Assembly (NCBI GenBank): GCA_951406725.2
Contig: OX597815.1
Span: 69,564,001-69,628,000, forward strand
Reading direction: 5' to 3'
From: Octopus vulgaris
Taxonomy: Eukaryota
Length of the DNA: 64,000 nt
Of this stretch, positions 17,287-29,544 are shown piece after piece (position 1 is the first letter of the stretch; each line of letters starts with the position of its first letter). The notes below the pieces were generated by a model. That model was given only the letters and a program-made list of their open reading frames with translations. It made no database searches and had not been told where the DNA came from. The position numbers were made by a program, and so were the translations under genes.

Positions 17287-17790
17287 ATCAGCAACAATTT
17301 AGATTCAAATGAATATGGTACTTAATTTAGATGCACCAGAAATTTGTATGGTGTTACCCATAAAAATATGCGGGGTTATTATAATCAAAAATAAGCAACA
17401 AGATATGAATCCGGTAATTTAGTACAATTGTTTCATACTACAACATTTTATTAAAAGCTGTAAATATTACACCAGATTTAAGATGTTGAGTAATCTTCAG
17501 CTAATTTATTTAGGTTTTCCAATAATATAAAAGTTTTCAAATCAATTAATAACATCTTAGGGAAGGTAAATATACAGATAAAGATGTAGATATGAATTTT
17601 AGGAACATGAGGTCGTGTGGTTCAGATGCTAACTGACCAAAACTTTGCTTACAGCTGACTGCTGTAAGAAAGTTTCTTTAGTTATAAGGACTAGGGTAAG
17701 GGAAGGTAAAGAATTCAAGTTAGTTGTAGAAAGAGGAGGAAATTCAGGATACATAAAGGAAGCTCGGGATGTCACTAGAACAAAAAGACA
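17285..17790 (-). mobile_element. AT-rich PLE-end-like fragment between (TA)n tracts
   Basis: Carries the HHR at 17416-17507 and is bounded by (TA)n on both sides. Confidence 0.5.
17416..17507 (-). ncRNA. Type I hammerhead ribozyme with long stem II and palindromic stem III
   Basis: Minus strand: aaattag CTGAAGA t TACT CAACAT...ATGTTG t AGTA t GAA ACAATTGT A ctaaatt; triplet GUA. Confidence 0.7.
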
Positions 17791-18553
17791 ACATATATAT
17801 ATATATATCACTCACACATCCACACACATACATACTTACACACACACTCGCAGGCGCGCGCACACACGCGCTTGCGCCGGTTCGCGCACGCATACGCGCA
17901 TGCATGCACCTCGCTCTTGGACCCGACGAGACCTCCCGCTCGTTTCTGGGGCCGTCGCCTGTCGTTGGGTTCTCCCACGCCCGTCTCCGCGGGACCACTC
18001 TTCCATCTTCCCCTCAGCTGGACTCCTTTTTCCTTATAACCCCTCTTTTTTTGTTACACACACGCGCACACATACATACACCCACTCACACACACACATT
18101 GCTTAAATATATACATTACTCTTACACACACTTCAAATCTACTCGCCATTAATACAACTACGACACTGGACACACACACACTACTACTCAACACACACGC
18201 TGGCACGTTACATACGCCCCCACCCCTTCCCCTCCCTCCCTTCCTCCTTCCTTCATTTTCTTACTACTGACCACTGTCTGCTGCCTACTACTGTTCGCCC
18301 TACCTCACACGCCTACACACAGACGCACACACTAACATATACATATATTTTTTGTTTTTTTATCTCGCCTCACACACACATACACACACGCACACGCACA
18401 CACTCACACATACACACATCTGTTGCGTTACCAACCCTGTCTCCACTCTTTTGGCTTTAAAAACCTACTTTGCTCTTGTTATCGTAAACTTCCGCCTTTC
18501 ACCATGTGTACTTCGTAAACGCCAGTCGTTTTTTTTTCTCCCTCTTGTTTGCT

Positions 18554-18727
18554 CACTTTGGGATCTTTCTTTCCTCTCTCTTCCTTCTTTATGTTTCCGA
18601 CGAAGAGCTCCGCTCGAAACGTCATACCTTCCTGCTTCCATCTTTCCTGAGCGCCTATTAATAATAATACTGTAATTGTTCCACGTGTTGTTGTTTTTTC
18701 TGTTTTCCCGTTTGGATTAAAATTATA
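18554..18727 (+). repeat. 5' pseudo-LTR with HHR-like motif (18593-18627)
   Basis: Identical by eye to 23291-23464; gttt CCGACGA A GAGC tcc GCTC GAAAC GTC atac. Confidence 0.92.
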
Positions 18728-19044
18728 CCACTGCGCGCCTACACGGACCCCTTGTACCTTGGATACCAATTCCCGGATTTTTGCACCTACGGATTATTGT
18801 TACCATTCTTCCGGACCCACGGATCACCTGCAACCTTCTTCCGGAGTACCGCCATTATCGTAATTGAAAATCATTACCTAATCTGTCCGTTGACTCTCAA
18901 ATCTCTTTCCTGACTTTTTTCAACTTTTTTCTATTGTTTTCAAACTGTCTTCACCCTTTTTCTTCTTTTGTTGTTTTCCTTTTGTCTCTCCTTTTTCCTA
19001 TTTCGCCACCACCCACCTTTACCTGTTTGCCACCACTTCTCGTC

Positions 19045-21982
19045 ATGCCTGACTTGCACTCGTTCGTCCAACACCTTCAATCCCTCCTTAGCCGCTACCT
19101 CGCGTTCTTCCCCCCACAATGTTCCGCACCTGCTATAAAACTTTCCCGCTTGCTTTTCAAGAAAACTCGCCATTCAAGCCATCTTTCCTTTCTTAGCCGT
19201 TGCCTCCGCCATCATGTCACACCCCGCGGTTTCCTCTTGAAGTTCCACGCTACCCCCTATTCCTCCCCCTTCATCGAACCCACCCTCGCTCGTACCTCCC
19301 GCTCCCTCCTCCGCGCCACCATCCGCTCCACCCGCCCCCTCCTTGACTCCCTCGACCATCAACTTCCCCAGGCCTACCTCCTTCTCTCCGCCCTCTGCCC
19401 TCCACTCTTCACCCAACCTATCCTCCGCTTCATTCTTAATCTCAACCACCAACTCTACAACTACCTCACACACACAAAAAACAAAAAACTCCACCTCCTC
19501 CTCAACCCCTCACCCCCTTCCCCATCCTCCCCCACTGCTTCCCCCCTCCTTCGCACCTACCCCCCCCTTCCACGGACCCCCCCCCCTTCCACGGACCCCC
19601 CCACCGTGACCTTCCTACGCCTAACCCATCTTCACCCAACCACCCCTACCCTCCCCTTCACACCCCTGCACCCCCTCTGCATGCCCCTAGTCCTCCCACC
19701 ACCCCGCTTCCTCGCGCTGTTGTCACTATACCCCCAACCTCCCCCTCTCCGCCGCCGAGCGCTCTCTCCTCAGTAAGGGTCTCCGCTTCACGCCACTCAC
19801 GCGCCACTGTGATGAGTTCGAGACTCGGGCGGACGTCAACCTGTTCCTGCGCCGCCTCAAACTTTGCGCATACTACCACGCGTCCCCGCAGCGTCACAAC
19901 AATCAGGATTGCCTTTTGGAGCTGGGGCGTCGTCCATCCATCTGGACGCCGCCCCCAGGCCTTTTCAGTAGCCTAGATTCGTTTGTACATGACTGCAACG
20001 CTTTGGTCCACCGTTTCAACTTTGAACCAAGACCCCGCCGAGCCAACCTCACTCGGGCCGAATCCATTGCCCTTCGCCACCTCCGCCGACGTAATGACAT
20101 TGTCATCAAACCGGCGGACAAAGGCGGGGCAGTGGTAGTGTGACGCGCGGACCTATACAGGGAGGAAGCGCTCAACCAGCTTCAAAATCCCCTCTTCTAT
20201 CGCCTCCTCCCCTCCGATCCCACCTCCTCCTACCATCCGCGACCTCATCTCCTCCTCCGCTCCCCCCCCCCCCCACCGCCACCAACCTCATCGTCCGCAC
20301 ACCCCGCACCTCCACCATCTACTTCCTTCCCAAGATCCATAAACCCTCTAATCCTGGCCGTCCCATAGTCTCTGCCTGTAATTGCCCCACTGAACTCATC
20401 TCCCTATACCTCGACCGCATCCTGTCCCCCTTAGTCGCAGCCCTCCCATCCCACATACACGACACCAACCACGCCTTCCGTCTCTTCAATTCCTTTTCCT
20501 TCCCTTCCAGCCCCTCACACCTCCTCTTCACATTAGATGTAAAATCCCTGTACACAGTGATTCCCCACAATGACGGTCTCCTAGCCCTCCAACACTTCCT
20601 CGACCGTCGTCCCGACCCCACCCCTAGCACCCCCACCCTTCTCCGCTTGGCTGAGCTCGTCCTCACCCTCAATTGCTTCACGTTCGCCGGGGAAACGTAC
20701 CAACAGATGTCCGGGGTCGCGATGGGAACTAGGATGGACCCCAATTTCGCCAATCTCTTTCTTGGCTACATTGAGGCCCAAGTGTTCTCCCAGTTCTCTG
20801 GGCCGACCCCCGAACTATACGGTCGCTATATCGACGACTGCATAGGTGCCACCTCCCTTTCCCGTGAACTTCTCTGCCAATTCATCTCTTTCCTTTCCAA
20901 CTTTCACCCCTCTCTTCAATTCACCTCCACCATCTCCAACACCTCTGTCAACTTCCTTGACATCTCTCTCCGCATCGATCACCCCTCCAACTCTCTCACC
21001 ACCACCGCCTTCTTTAAACCTACGGATTCCCACCTCTATCTCAACTTCTCTTCCTCCCACCCCTTCCACACCAAACGAGCCATCCCCTACTCCCAGTTCC
21101 TCCGCCTCCGACGTTTGTGCAGCCGCGACCAGGATTTCGAGACCCAATCTCAATACCTGGCCCGCATGTTCAGACTCCGAGGTTACCCACCCATACTCCT
21201 CTCTGATGCCCTCACCCGCGCCCGTCGCATCGACCGCACCACCGCCCTGTCTCCTTCCCAACGGCCACCCCCCCAACCGCACCCCCCCCCTCATTTTCCA
21301 CCCCTCTACCCTACCCCTTCGTCGCAAGATACTACGTGCCTTCCGTCGCCTCCAGCTTGATCCCACCACCCGCCCCATTTTCCCTAACCCACCCCTGTCC
21401 TCCTTCAAACGAGCCCGCAATCTGCGTGACCTCCTGGTCCACAGCACCCTCTCTCCTTCCCCCTCAGCCCCACACGGATCATTCCCTTGCTCTAGATCCC
21501 GCTGCAACACTTGCCCCTTCATCACCAACACCACCGCTGTCACCGGCTCCAACCGGCATACTGTACGCATTGGGCACTCTTTTACGTGCACCTCGTCTGG
21601 CCTTATTTACTGCATTAAATGCAACCTATGCGGAATGCTGTATGTAGGACAGACGGGACGCCGGTTGTCCGACCGATTCACAGAACATTTGAGGGACGTT
21701 CGCCTACACTCTTTTTCTCCCGTCGCACGCCACTTCCGCTCGGCCGGCCATTCCCTAGATGACATCTCAGTGTTTGGTCTCACTCCCCACAATGGTCGCC
21801 CACTTTCCAGGCTCCACTTGGAGCAACGCTACATCTTCACCCTACAAACTACTACCCCACACGGACTTAACACAGCCCCCCCTCTTGAGGTCCTCTTCTT
21901 TTTTTTTGTTTCCCGGATACACCACCCACACACACACACCTACCTACCTCCCACACGCCTGTTCACATACACACATACGTAG
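19045..21982 (+). pseudogene. PLE polyprotein (RT, Cys-rich linker, GIY-YIG endonuclease), disrupted
   Basis: HLSFLSRC...TPRG N-terminus; IKPADKGGAVVV; LPKIHK...GRPIVS; LDVKSLYT; GVAMGT; RYIDD; CSRSRCNTC; LIYCIKC...YVGQTGRRLSDRFTEH...EQRYI...HGLN; several frameshifts and TGA at 20141. Confidence 0.92.
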
Positions 21983-23290
21983 ACACATCTACGTACATAC
22001 ATTCACACATTTAATCACACACACTTATAGACATACATGCACACACTAACATACAAACCAACATGCACATACACACACACATACATACATACACACACAC
22101 ATACATACTTACACACACACACACACACAGACATACATACACACTTACATACACACATACATACGCACATACATACACACACACTCACACACACACACCG
22201 CACGTACATACTTCACACACACACACATGCACACATACATGTAGGCACACACACATACATACATACCCACACATGCACACCCTTACACTGAATGCACACA
22301 CACATACACCTTTTTGCATCCAGGCAGCCCCCTCTTTTCTGCTTTCCGGTTTTGGCTGATGGATCCTCGGTTCCCGCGTAGCGGGTCGTTCGAGGGCCTT
22401 TGCGCTCGCGCGCCTTGGCGCGCGCTGGGGGCTTGGTCGGCCCCATGGGCTTGCGTTGTATTGCTTGTGTGTCGTGTGCGTGAGCGCGCTTCGTGTGTGT
22501 GGGCTTGCTTCGGGTGTGTGCGTGCGTATATATACATACATACCCACACACTCGCATGCATCCCTACCCACATACATACACGCACACCTACTCACACACA
22601 CACATACACACACACACACACATACCCGCACACACACACACACATACATACATACACACACATACCTACTTCAGACATACACACACACAGACATACACCC
22701 ATACACTCACACTCACACGCATACACACACACACATACACACGCACACGTACACATACACACACACACACACACACCTACATACATACATTACACTTGTA
22801 CTCACACACACTTACATTCATACACACACACACCTACACAGCCATACCCTCACTCAGACACACACACCTACCTACACACACACACAACACACACACACCC
22901 ATACATACATACATCTACACACACACGCCTACACACATACATACACACATACATAAACACACACACATACACATACACACACATACGCACACACACATAT
23001 ACTTATACACATGCACACACACACACACACATACATACAAACACCCATACACATACACACACACATACCTACATACTCCTATACGCACATACATACACAC
23101 AGACATACACACATACACACTCACACAAACATACACACACACATACTTACAGACACACTCGCCTGCACGCGCACACACATGCATGACAAACACCCATACA
23201 CTCACACTCACATACGCACACACCAACATAAACACGCACACGCACACACACACCTACACTCCCACACACATACATACGCACCTACATACA

Positions 23291-23455
23291 CACTTTGGGA
23301 TCTTTCTTTCCTCTCTCTTCCTTCTTTATGTTTCCGACGAAGAGCTCCGCTCGAAACGTCATACCTTCCTGCTTCCATCTTTCCTGAGCGCCTATTAATA
23401 ATAATACTGTAATTGTTCCACGTGTTGTTGTTTTTTCTGTTTTCCCGTTTGGATT

Positions 23456-23464
<9 letters not shown>
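23291..23464 (+). repeat. 3' pseudo-LTR with HHR-like motif (23330-23364)
   Basis: Identical to 18554-18727 and runs directly into (TA)n. Confidence 0.92.
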
Positions 23465-23508
<44 letters not shown>

Positions 23509-23544
23509 TGTATTATATATATATATATATACACACATACATAT

Positions 23545-23627
<83 letters not shown>

Positions 23628-23870
23628 CTATACACACACACATTATACTCTGCTTTAACGTGGCTTCACGTGGCTGTTTAGTATACTAGAAATAGCAGTT
23701 ATTAAACATACAAAACAGCCACCATTTTGATCACCTGATCTACGCCTGAAAATAGCACCTGGATATAAACGAAAGAAAAAAATAACTCCGAGGTGTGAGC
23801 GGGGAAGTTCACTGGGAACCTGGGGCCCACCATAATTGTTCCCAATTGGGCCCCCGCATCTCCTAAAGCC

Positions 23871-23935
<65 letters not shown>

Positions 23936-24283
23936 TGTATGTGTGTGTGTGTGTATGTGTGTGTGTGTGTGTGTGTGTATTATATTTCGTTAATGTATAA
24001 ATTAATTTAAATGGATCCAGGAACCTATAATTTGCTGCACAGGTACTCATCGCTGAGTGCAATACTCCTTATAGCAGAAACAGGTGTAAACTAATAAAAG
24101 TGCTAGCCTAACTCCTGTTCTTTGATATTAATTGATATCATACTCTATGTTCATCTCATGCATAAGTATACTGAGTTCTAACAACTGGTTAGTAGTATCT
24201 CAATGCTTAAACGAAATCATGATGTATATATGTATATATATATATATATACATACATACATACATACATACATACACACATAC

Positions 24284-24332
<49 letters not shown>

Positions 24333-24335
<3 letters not shown>

Positions 24336-24530
24336 AGAGTTTACGAAAAAACAAAAGACGAAGACAGGTGGTGTATAAAACAAACGGATGTATTAGTATA
24401 ACGCTCAGGAATAGGAAAAGTCTTTTACGGTTCGAGCCGACGCTCTTACACAGAAAGGGACACAGAAAAAACAAGGAGAGAAACAAGGAGAGAAAAAATG
24501 TGTGTAGTGGCTAACGATCTATCATGGTGA
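24333..24530 (-). mobile_element. pLTR remnant with degenerate HHR-like motif
   Basis: Minus strand: cttt CTGTGTA A GAGC gtcg GCTC GAACC GTA aaag, then TTCCTGAGCG...TAATAC; related to 6743-6930. Confidence 0.7.
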
Positions 24531-24547
24531 CCCAATATATATATATA

Positions 24548-25122
24548 TTGGGTTGTCCGGAAAGTTCGTGCCGATTTATAGTAGCTTACATTTCGACTTA
24601 CTTTAGAACATGTTTGAGTCCATAAAATAGGATTTGACTACACCTCCATTTAGAGCACAGTTTAAGCTATCTTTTCGTGGAAGAAGGTTTATGTTCCTAT
24701 AACCTGTGTTAATTCTGTAACCCTTTGAAATGGAAGATAATAAAGTTCATTTTCGGCACTTGATACTTTTCTTTTTCCGTAAAAGGAAAACTGCCTCACA
24801 AACAACCAAAGAAATATGCGCAGTTTACGGTGATGTTTCTTTATCCGAAAGAACTGTACGGAAGTGGTTCGCAAGGTTCCGAGCTGGAGATTGTAGCCTT
24901 ATTGATAAAGAGCGATCAGGCAGACTATCCACTACAGATGATGACAAAATCAAGTCTTTAATTGAGAATGACCCACATTGCACAACCTGAGAATTGGCAG
25001 AAAGCCTCAACCTATCAAAATCCATCGTTCATGAGCACCTGGTAAAGCTTGGGTAATGGCAAGTATTTATTAACCTTTTTTCTTTCCTTTAAAAATCAGT
25101 ACGAACTTTCTGGACAACCCAA
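24548..25122 (+). mobile_element. Internally deleted mariner (mellifera-subfamily-like) retaining the N-terminal DNA-binding region
   Basis: TIRs TTGGGTTGTCC(G/A)GAAAGTTCGT(G/A)C with TA flanks; ORF 24730-24990 HFRHLILFFFRK...WFARFRAGD.SL.DKERSGR. Confidence 0.9.
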
Positions 25123-25379
25123 TATATATATATATCATATCATATATATATAGAGAGATGTTTCAAAGTGTTTGAAGCCGCAAACAATTAACTATAACAA
25201 ATATTCTTCCTCGTGTAATAACAAACGCAATACTATTCTATTTTAGATATTATTTAGATTTCAATTGCTGATAAAATAAAGTATAATAATTATATAAAAG
25301 TATAAGTACATTACTGAAACACGTGTACAATGATTATTTGAATACATCATTTTAAATAGTATATATCTATGTATATATA

Positions 25380-26222
25380 AGTTGTATTGCAGAGGTTTTG
25401 ACACTTTTTCAGGAGATACTTTTATTAGAAGTACAAAACTCTAATCTCCTTCAAAGTAGAATCCTCTCGCTTCAATAAAGTTGTTGTAGCATTCCAAACA
25501 CATCGTGAAGAGCCTATGGGGGTAAACCAAAGTGAAGATGTTCTGAACTCTTGTCAAAACATCCTCCATCCTGGTGAATAAGGAGCAAAGTCTGGACTGT
25601 ACGGAGGGTGAGGGACAGTTTTGATGCCCATCTGTGTAAAGTAGTTGCTTACCAGGATGGAATTATGGACTGGTGCATTGTCTTACTGCTGTTGCTCTGG
25701 ACTTTTGCAACGAAATTTCTTCCTGAACTCCCTCAAAACTTTCACAAAGTACTCTTTGTTGACCATCTGACTAGGGAGAACCCAGTGGATGTAGGTGAAG
25801 CCTTTGCTGTTGAAAAAGGGGATCATCATAGGCTTCCCGGTGGACATACTTTGCATGGCCTCTTGTGCAGGCAAAAAAAAATAGATGCTTGACTCATACA
25901 TATTAATTCATAAGCAGCCTAAAGCATTTCATAATTTTCTGTACCGTTTTAAACCTAGTTTAATACAAAATTTTATTGCGAAGCAAGCTTCCAAATTGTG
26001 TTCTAGTCCCGACTTCATTCTGTAAAATTAGGTGACAAACAGTGTTTAGTAGGGAGTATTGGAAGTGCTGGTACAGCTCTCTCCTTCATTCTAAAATAAC
26101 AAAAGTTGGCGGACCAGTTTATTAGATGTATATTACTGATATCCTTAAATCATAATAATCTAGATCAGTTATAACTGCCTTTCTTCAAAAAAGAGTCTCA
26201 ACATTTTCTGAATGTATCTCGT
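25380..26222 (-). mobile_element. Degraded mariner
   Basis: KPMMIPFFNSKG...VNKEYFVKVL and DNAPVH...VPHPPYSPDFAP on the minus strand. Confidence 0.8.
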
Positions 26223-26247
26223 GTGTATAATAATTATATAGTGTATG

Positions 26248-26278
<31 letters not shown>

Positions 26279-26302
26279 GTGTGAGAGTGCATATATAGAA
26301 GA

Positions 26303-26990
26303 GAGAGAGTCAAAAATTATACGCACTCTTGTAGAGTATAAACGAGTACGTCATTTTTCTATTAGTCTTCTTCCTTTTCGATGCAGTTGGTTCAGTGGTC
26401 CACAAGCTTGCGTATTCCCTCCAAGAAGGTTTTTCTGTTGGTCGTGCAACCATTTATGCACCGCTTCCTTCACATCTTCGTCCGTAGAAAATCAAAGACC
26501 TCGTGAACCATTTTTGAACGGTCCAAAGATAAGATAGTCGGAAGGGACGAGATCTGGGCTGTAGACAGGGCGTTCCAGCACCTCAAAACCCAATTGGTTA
26601 ATGGTTTCAACGGTCTGGACGACCGTGTGTGGGCGTACATTGTCATGCAGCAACAAAACTTTCTTCCACAATAGGCTTCGGAGTTTGGTGCGAATTGCTG
26701 GATTTCAGTTTGTTGGCCAGCAAAGCGCTGTATCTACATTGTTGATCGTACGCTCCTTTTCCAAAGAAATCGGAATACTCTTCTTTGTTCTTCTTTAGCG
26801 CACATTGCTAGAGGAGCAGTCATACTTACGCTGTAAAGCCAGAAAGAAAAATGGTGCGACCAGACTCAAACTTCGTTCACGTGACTATAATAGTACCAAC
26901 TATAAGCACGCATGCGCAGAAGACAGTGTGACAATAATAAAGATATGTTATGGTGAAAGTGTGGTAGTGTGGATAATTTTTGACTTCTCG
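26303..26990 (-). mobile_element. Deleted mariner with TIRs
   Basis: AGTCAAAAATTAT(A/C)C(G/A)CACT inverted at both ends; LLHDNVRPH and PVYSPDLVPSDY. Confidence 0.85.
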
Positions 26991-27010
26991 TATATATATA
27001 TATATATATA

Positions 27011-28035
27011 CATTCTTGGCCCCCTTTTATTTGTTGCATATATTAATGACATAGATGCCAACTTAAAGAATGCCACAGTGCTGAAATATGCAGATGACAT
27101 CAAGCTGTACCTCGAAATAAAGAGGTCAGATCCTGTACACTATAGATCTCTATTGCAATCAGACCTGGACACAATGCAGCAGTGGATCATGGACTGGCAA
27201 CTCAAGCTGACTGTGGACAAATGTACCACCATGCATTTTGGGAGGAAAAACCCAGCGTCTACTTACTCCCTCCACAACACTAATCTCAAAAAGTCTTCAT
27301 GTGAACGTGACCTGGGCGTTATTGTCGACAGCGATTTGCGTTGGACAAAACACATCGCTAAAATTGCCAAGAAGGCTGAGGGTGTCTTGGCATCAATCAC
27401 CAAGTCCTTTGTGAGCCGCTCTCCGGCTATCTATCTGCGGTTTTATATAGCTATGGTACGACCTCACCTGGAATTTGCATCACCGATCTGGAACCCCTAT
27501 CTTGCCCAGGATATTAATCGTCTGGAAGCCGTTTAGCGACGTGCAACCAAGAGAATTCCCTCCATCAGGCATCTGCCATATTCTGAATGCCTTACTTCCC
27601 TGGGCATGGAGACATTGAAACTCCGACGTCTGGCAGCTGACTTGGTAGACACCCATAAAATTATTAACCATCTTACAAACAATAACTCTGAGCACCTTTT
27701 CAAACTCCATCTGTCTAACACCTGTGGACATGTTTACAAAGACAGAAAACAGCACAGCTCCCATGACTTTCAGAAACATCTTTTGTTGCTGAAGCATGGA
27801 ACAGACTGCCAGTATCAGTTGTTAGTTGTCGGAGCACTGCATCCTTCAAAACTTCCATGCTTCCTGAGATTCGCCAACACTACACCTGATTTTCTCCCCT
27901 CTATATACACGCAAGTATGTATCTGACTCATACACTGTTCGCTTTCCAGACATTCATACATTACTGCATATACTTTATACGCACTTTTTGACAAGTTGTG
28001 GTGCACCTGAGTACTGTATACATTCATTTCATTAT

Positions 28036-28040
<5 letters not shown>
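27011..28040 (+). mobile_element. CR1-clade LINE, 5'-truncated RT C-terminus and 3' UTR
   Basis: LGPLLFVAYIND, YADDIKLY, ERDLGVIVD, VRPHLEFASPIWNPY, RRATK; flanked by (TA)n. Confidence 0.9.
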
Positions 28041-28078
<38 letters not shown>

Positions 28079-28167
28079 GCGTAATAAATAAAATATATGC
28101 ATACATACAAATATGTACGTACCTACATCTACATGTATATATACATGCATATATAAATATATATACG

Positions 28168-28329
28168 TAAGTACAGGACACCACAAATAGACGTAGAACT
28201 CAACGAGAAACGAAAACGTAAAAACAAACGTGGAAACGGACCTAAACGAAAAAAACTGAGTACAAGACAAACTACACAAGGAAAAATCCCCTTCATCAGC
28301 TGTCCCTAGTTCAACTCTAGCGTGTTTCG

Positions 28330-28332
<3 letters not shown>
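28168..28332 (-). mobile_element. Short repeat, PLE-end-like, with permuted HHR-like boxes
   Basis: Minus strand: tttc GAAAC...CTGATGA AGGGG; related to 7170-7310. Confidence 0.5.
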
Positions 28333-28384
<52 letters not shown>

Positions 28385-28387
<3 letters not shown>

Positions 28388-28695
28388 GGCAAGCAACAGG
28401 TTGCTTAGGCACATACCGAAAAATTAGAGACAGCAGTCAAAGACCGCTTATTTCTATTTTCTACAAATATAACTCCATATACGACATATACATGTGACTC
28501 ACATATGTAAAACAGAAGGAAACGCATCCGTAACTAACCAAAGACTGTTTTCGTTATTTTTTCCTTCTGTTTTACATATGTGAGTCACATGTATATGTTG
28601 TATATGGAGTTATATTTGTAGAAAATAGAAATAAGCGGTCTTTGACTGCTATTTCTAATTTTTCGGTATGTGGCTAACAACCTGTTGCTTGCCCT

Positions 28696-28696
<1 letters not shown>
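28385..28696. mobile_element. Foldback/MITE element with ~138-bp inverted arms and ~36-bp spacer, in (TA)n
   Basis: 28385-28522 is the reverse complement of 28559-28696 with only a few differences. Confidence 0.9.
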
Positions 28697-28726
<30 letters not shown>

Positions 28727-28734
28727 TTTATATA

Positions 28735-29054
28735 TAACTTTTTTTTTAAGTTCCTACCGATAATGGTTATATTTCCATACCGAAATCTACCCGGAAATAA
28801 TTGTTGGTTTTATAATTAATAATCATTTACCCTTATATTATTAATAAAGTGTGTTGATTCGTTAGCTACTGCACGCATATATTTTCTCTCCTTCTTTCTG
28901 TGTTTTTTTTCTCTGTGTATCTTTCTGTTGAAGAGCGTAGGCTCGAAACGTTAAAGACTTGTTTTATTTATATTTCCTGAGCGCCATACTAATACAATTG
29001 TTCGTTTGTTTTCCACCTGCCTTCGTCTTTTGTCTATTTTCATAAAGCTTCCCG

Positions 29055-29056
<2 letters not shown>
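28735..29056 (+). mobile_element. pLTR remnant with HHR-like motif (28920-28957)
   Basis: TCTTT CTGTTGA A GAGC gtag GCTC GAAAC GTT AAAGA, then TTCCTGAGCGCCATACTAATAC; ends in (TA)n. Confidence 0.75.
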
Positions 29057-29096
<40 letters not shown>

Positions 29097-29113
29097 CTAG
29101 CTAGCTAGCTAGC

Positions 29114-29190
<77 letters not shown>

Positions 29191-29544
29191 TGATAGACAT
29201 TGCAGATTGCAATGTTTCTCCGTAGAATTTGTATCGTCTAATATTTTCCAAAAATTATAAAAATTATTTCTCCAAGATTTCCTCAATGTATGTTTTCAAA
29301 TCAATTTTCTTATTGAAGTATTTAAATATAATTGTTTTGTTTTTCTCTGTTCCAGTCTGTTATTCTTTAGAGAGTAATAAATTTCCTCCACCCATTGCTT
29401 ATGTATCGACATATCTTCTTTAGAGTTTCACGCGCGCGCGCACGCACACACGCGCACGCACACACGCACGCACGCACACACGCACGCACGCACGCACACA
29501 CACGCACGCACGCGCACACACATACTGAAATAGAAACATCCTTA

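Larger units (their letters stand above)
17809..23464 (+). mobile_element. Penelope-like retroelement (Neptune type), near full length, inserted in (TA)n
   Basis: RT plus C-terminal GIY-YIG ORF between identical 174-bp direct repeats; flanked by (TA)n; 5' limit approximate. Confidence 0.9.

Noticed and set aside
20141-20143. In-frame TGA in the PLE ORF as possible selenocysteine or readthrough
   Set aside because: It sits where Trp is expected (DKGGAVVVW), so it is a TGG>TGA change; the ORF also has frameshifts and a deletion.
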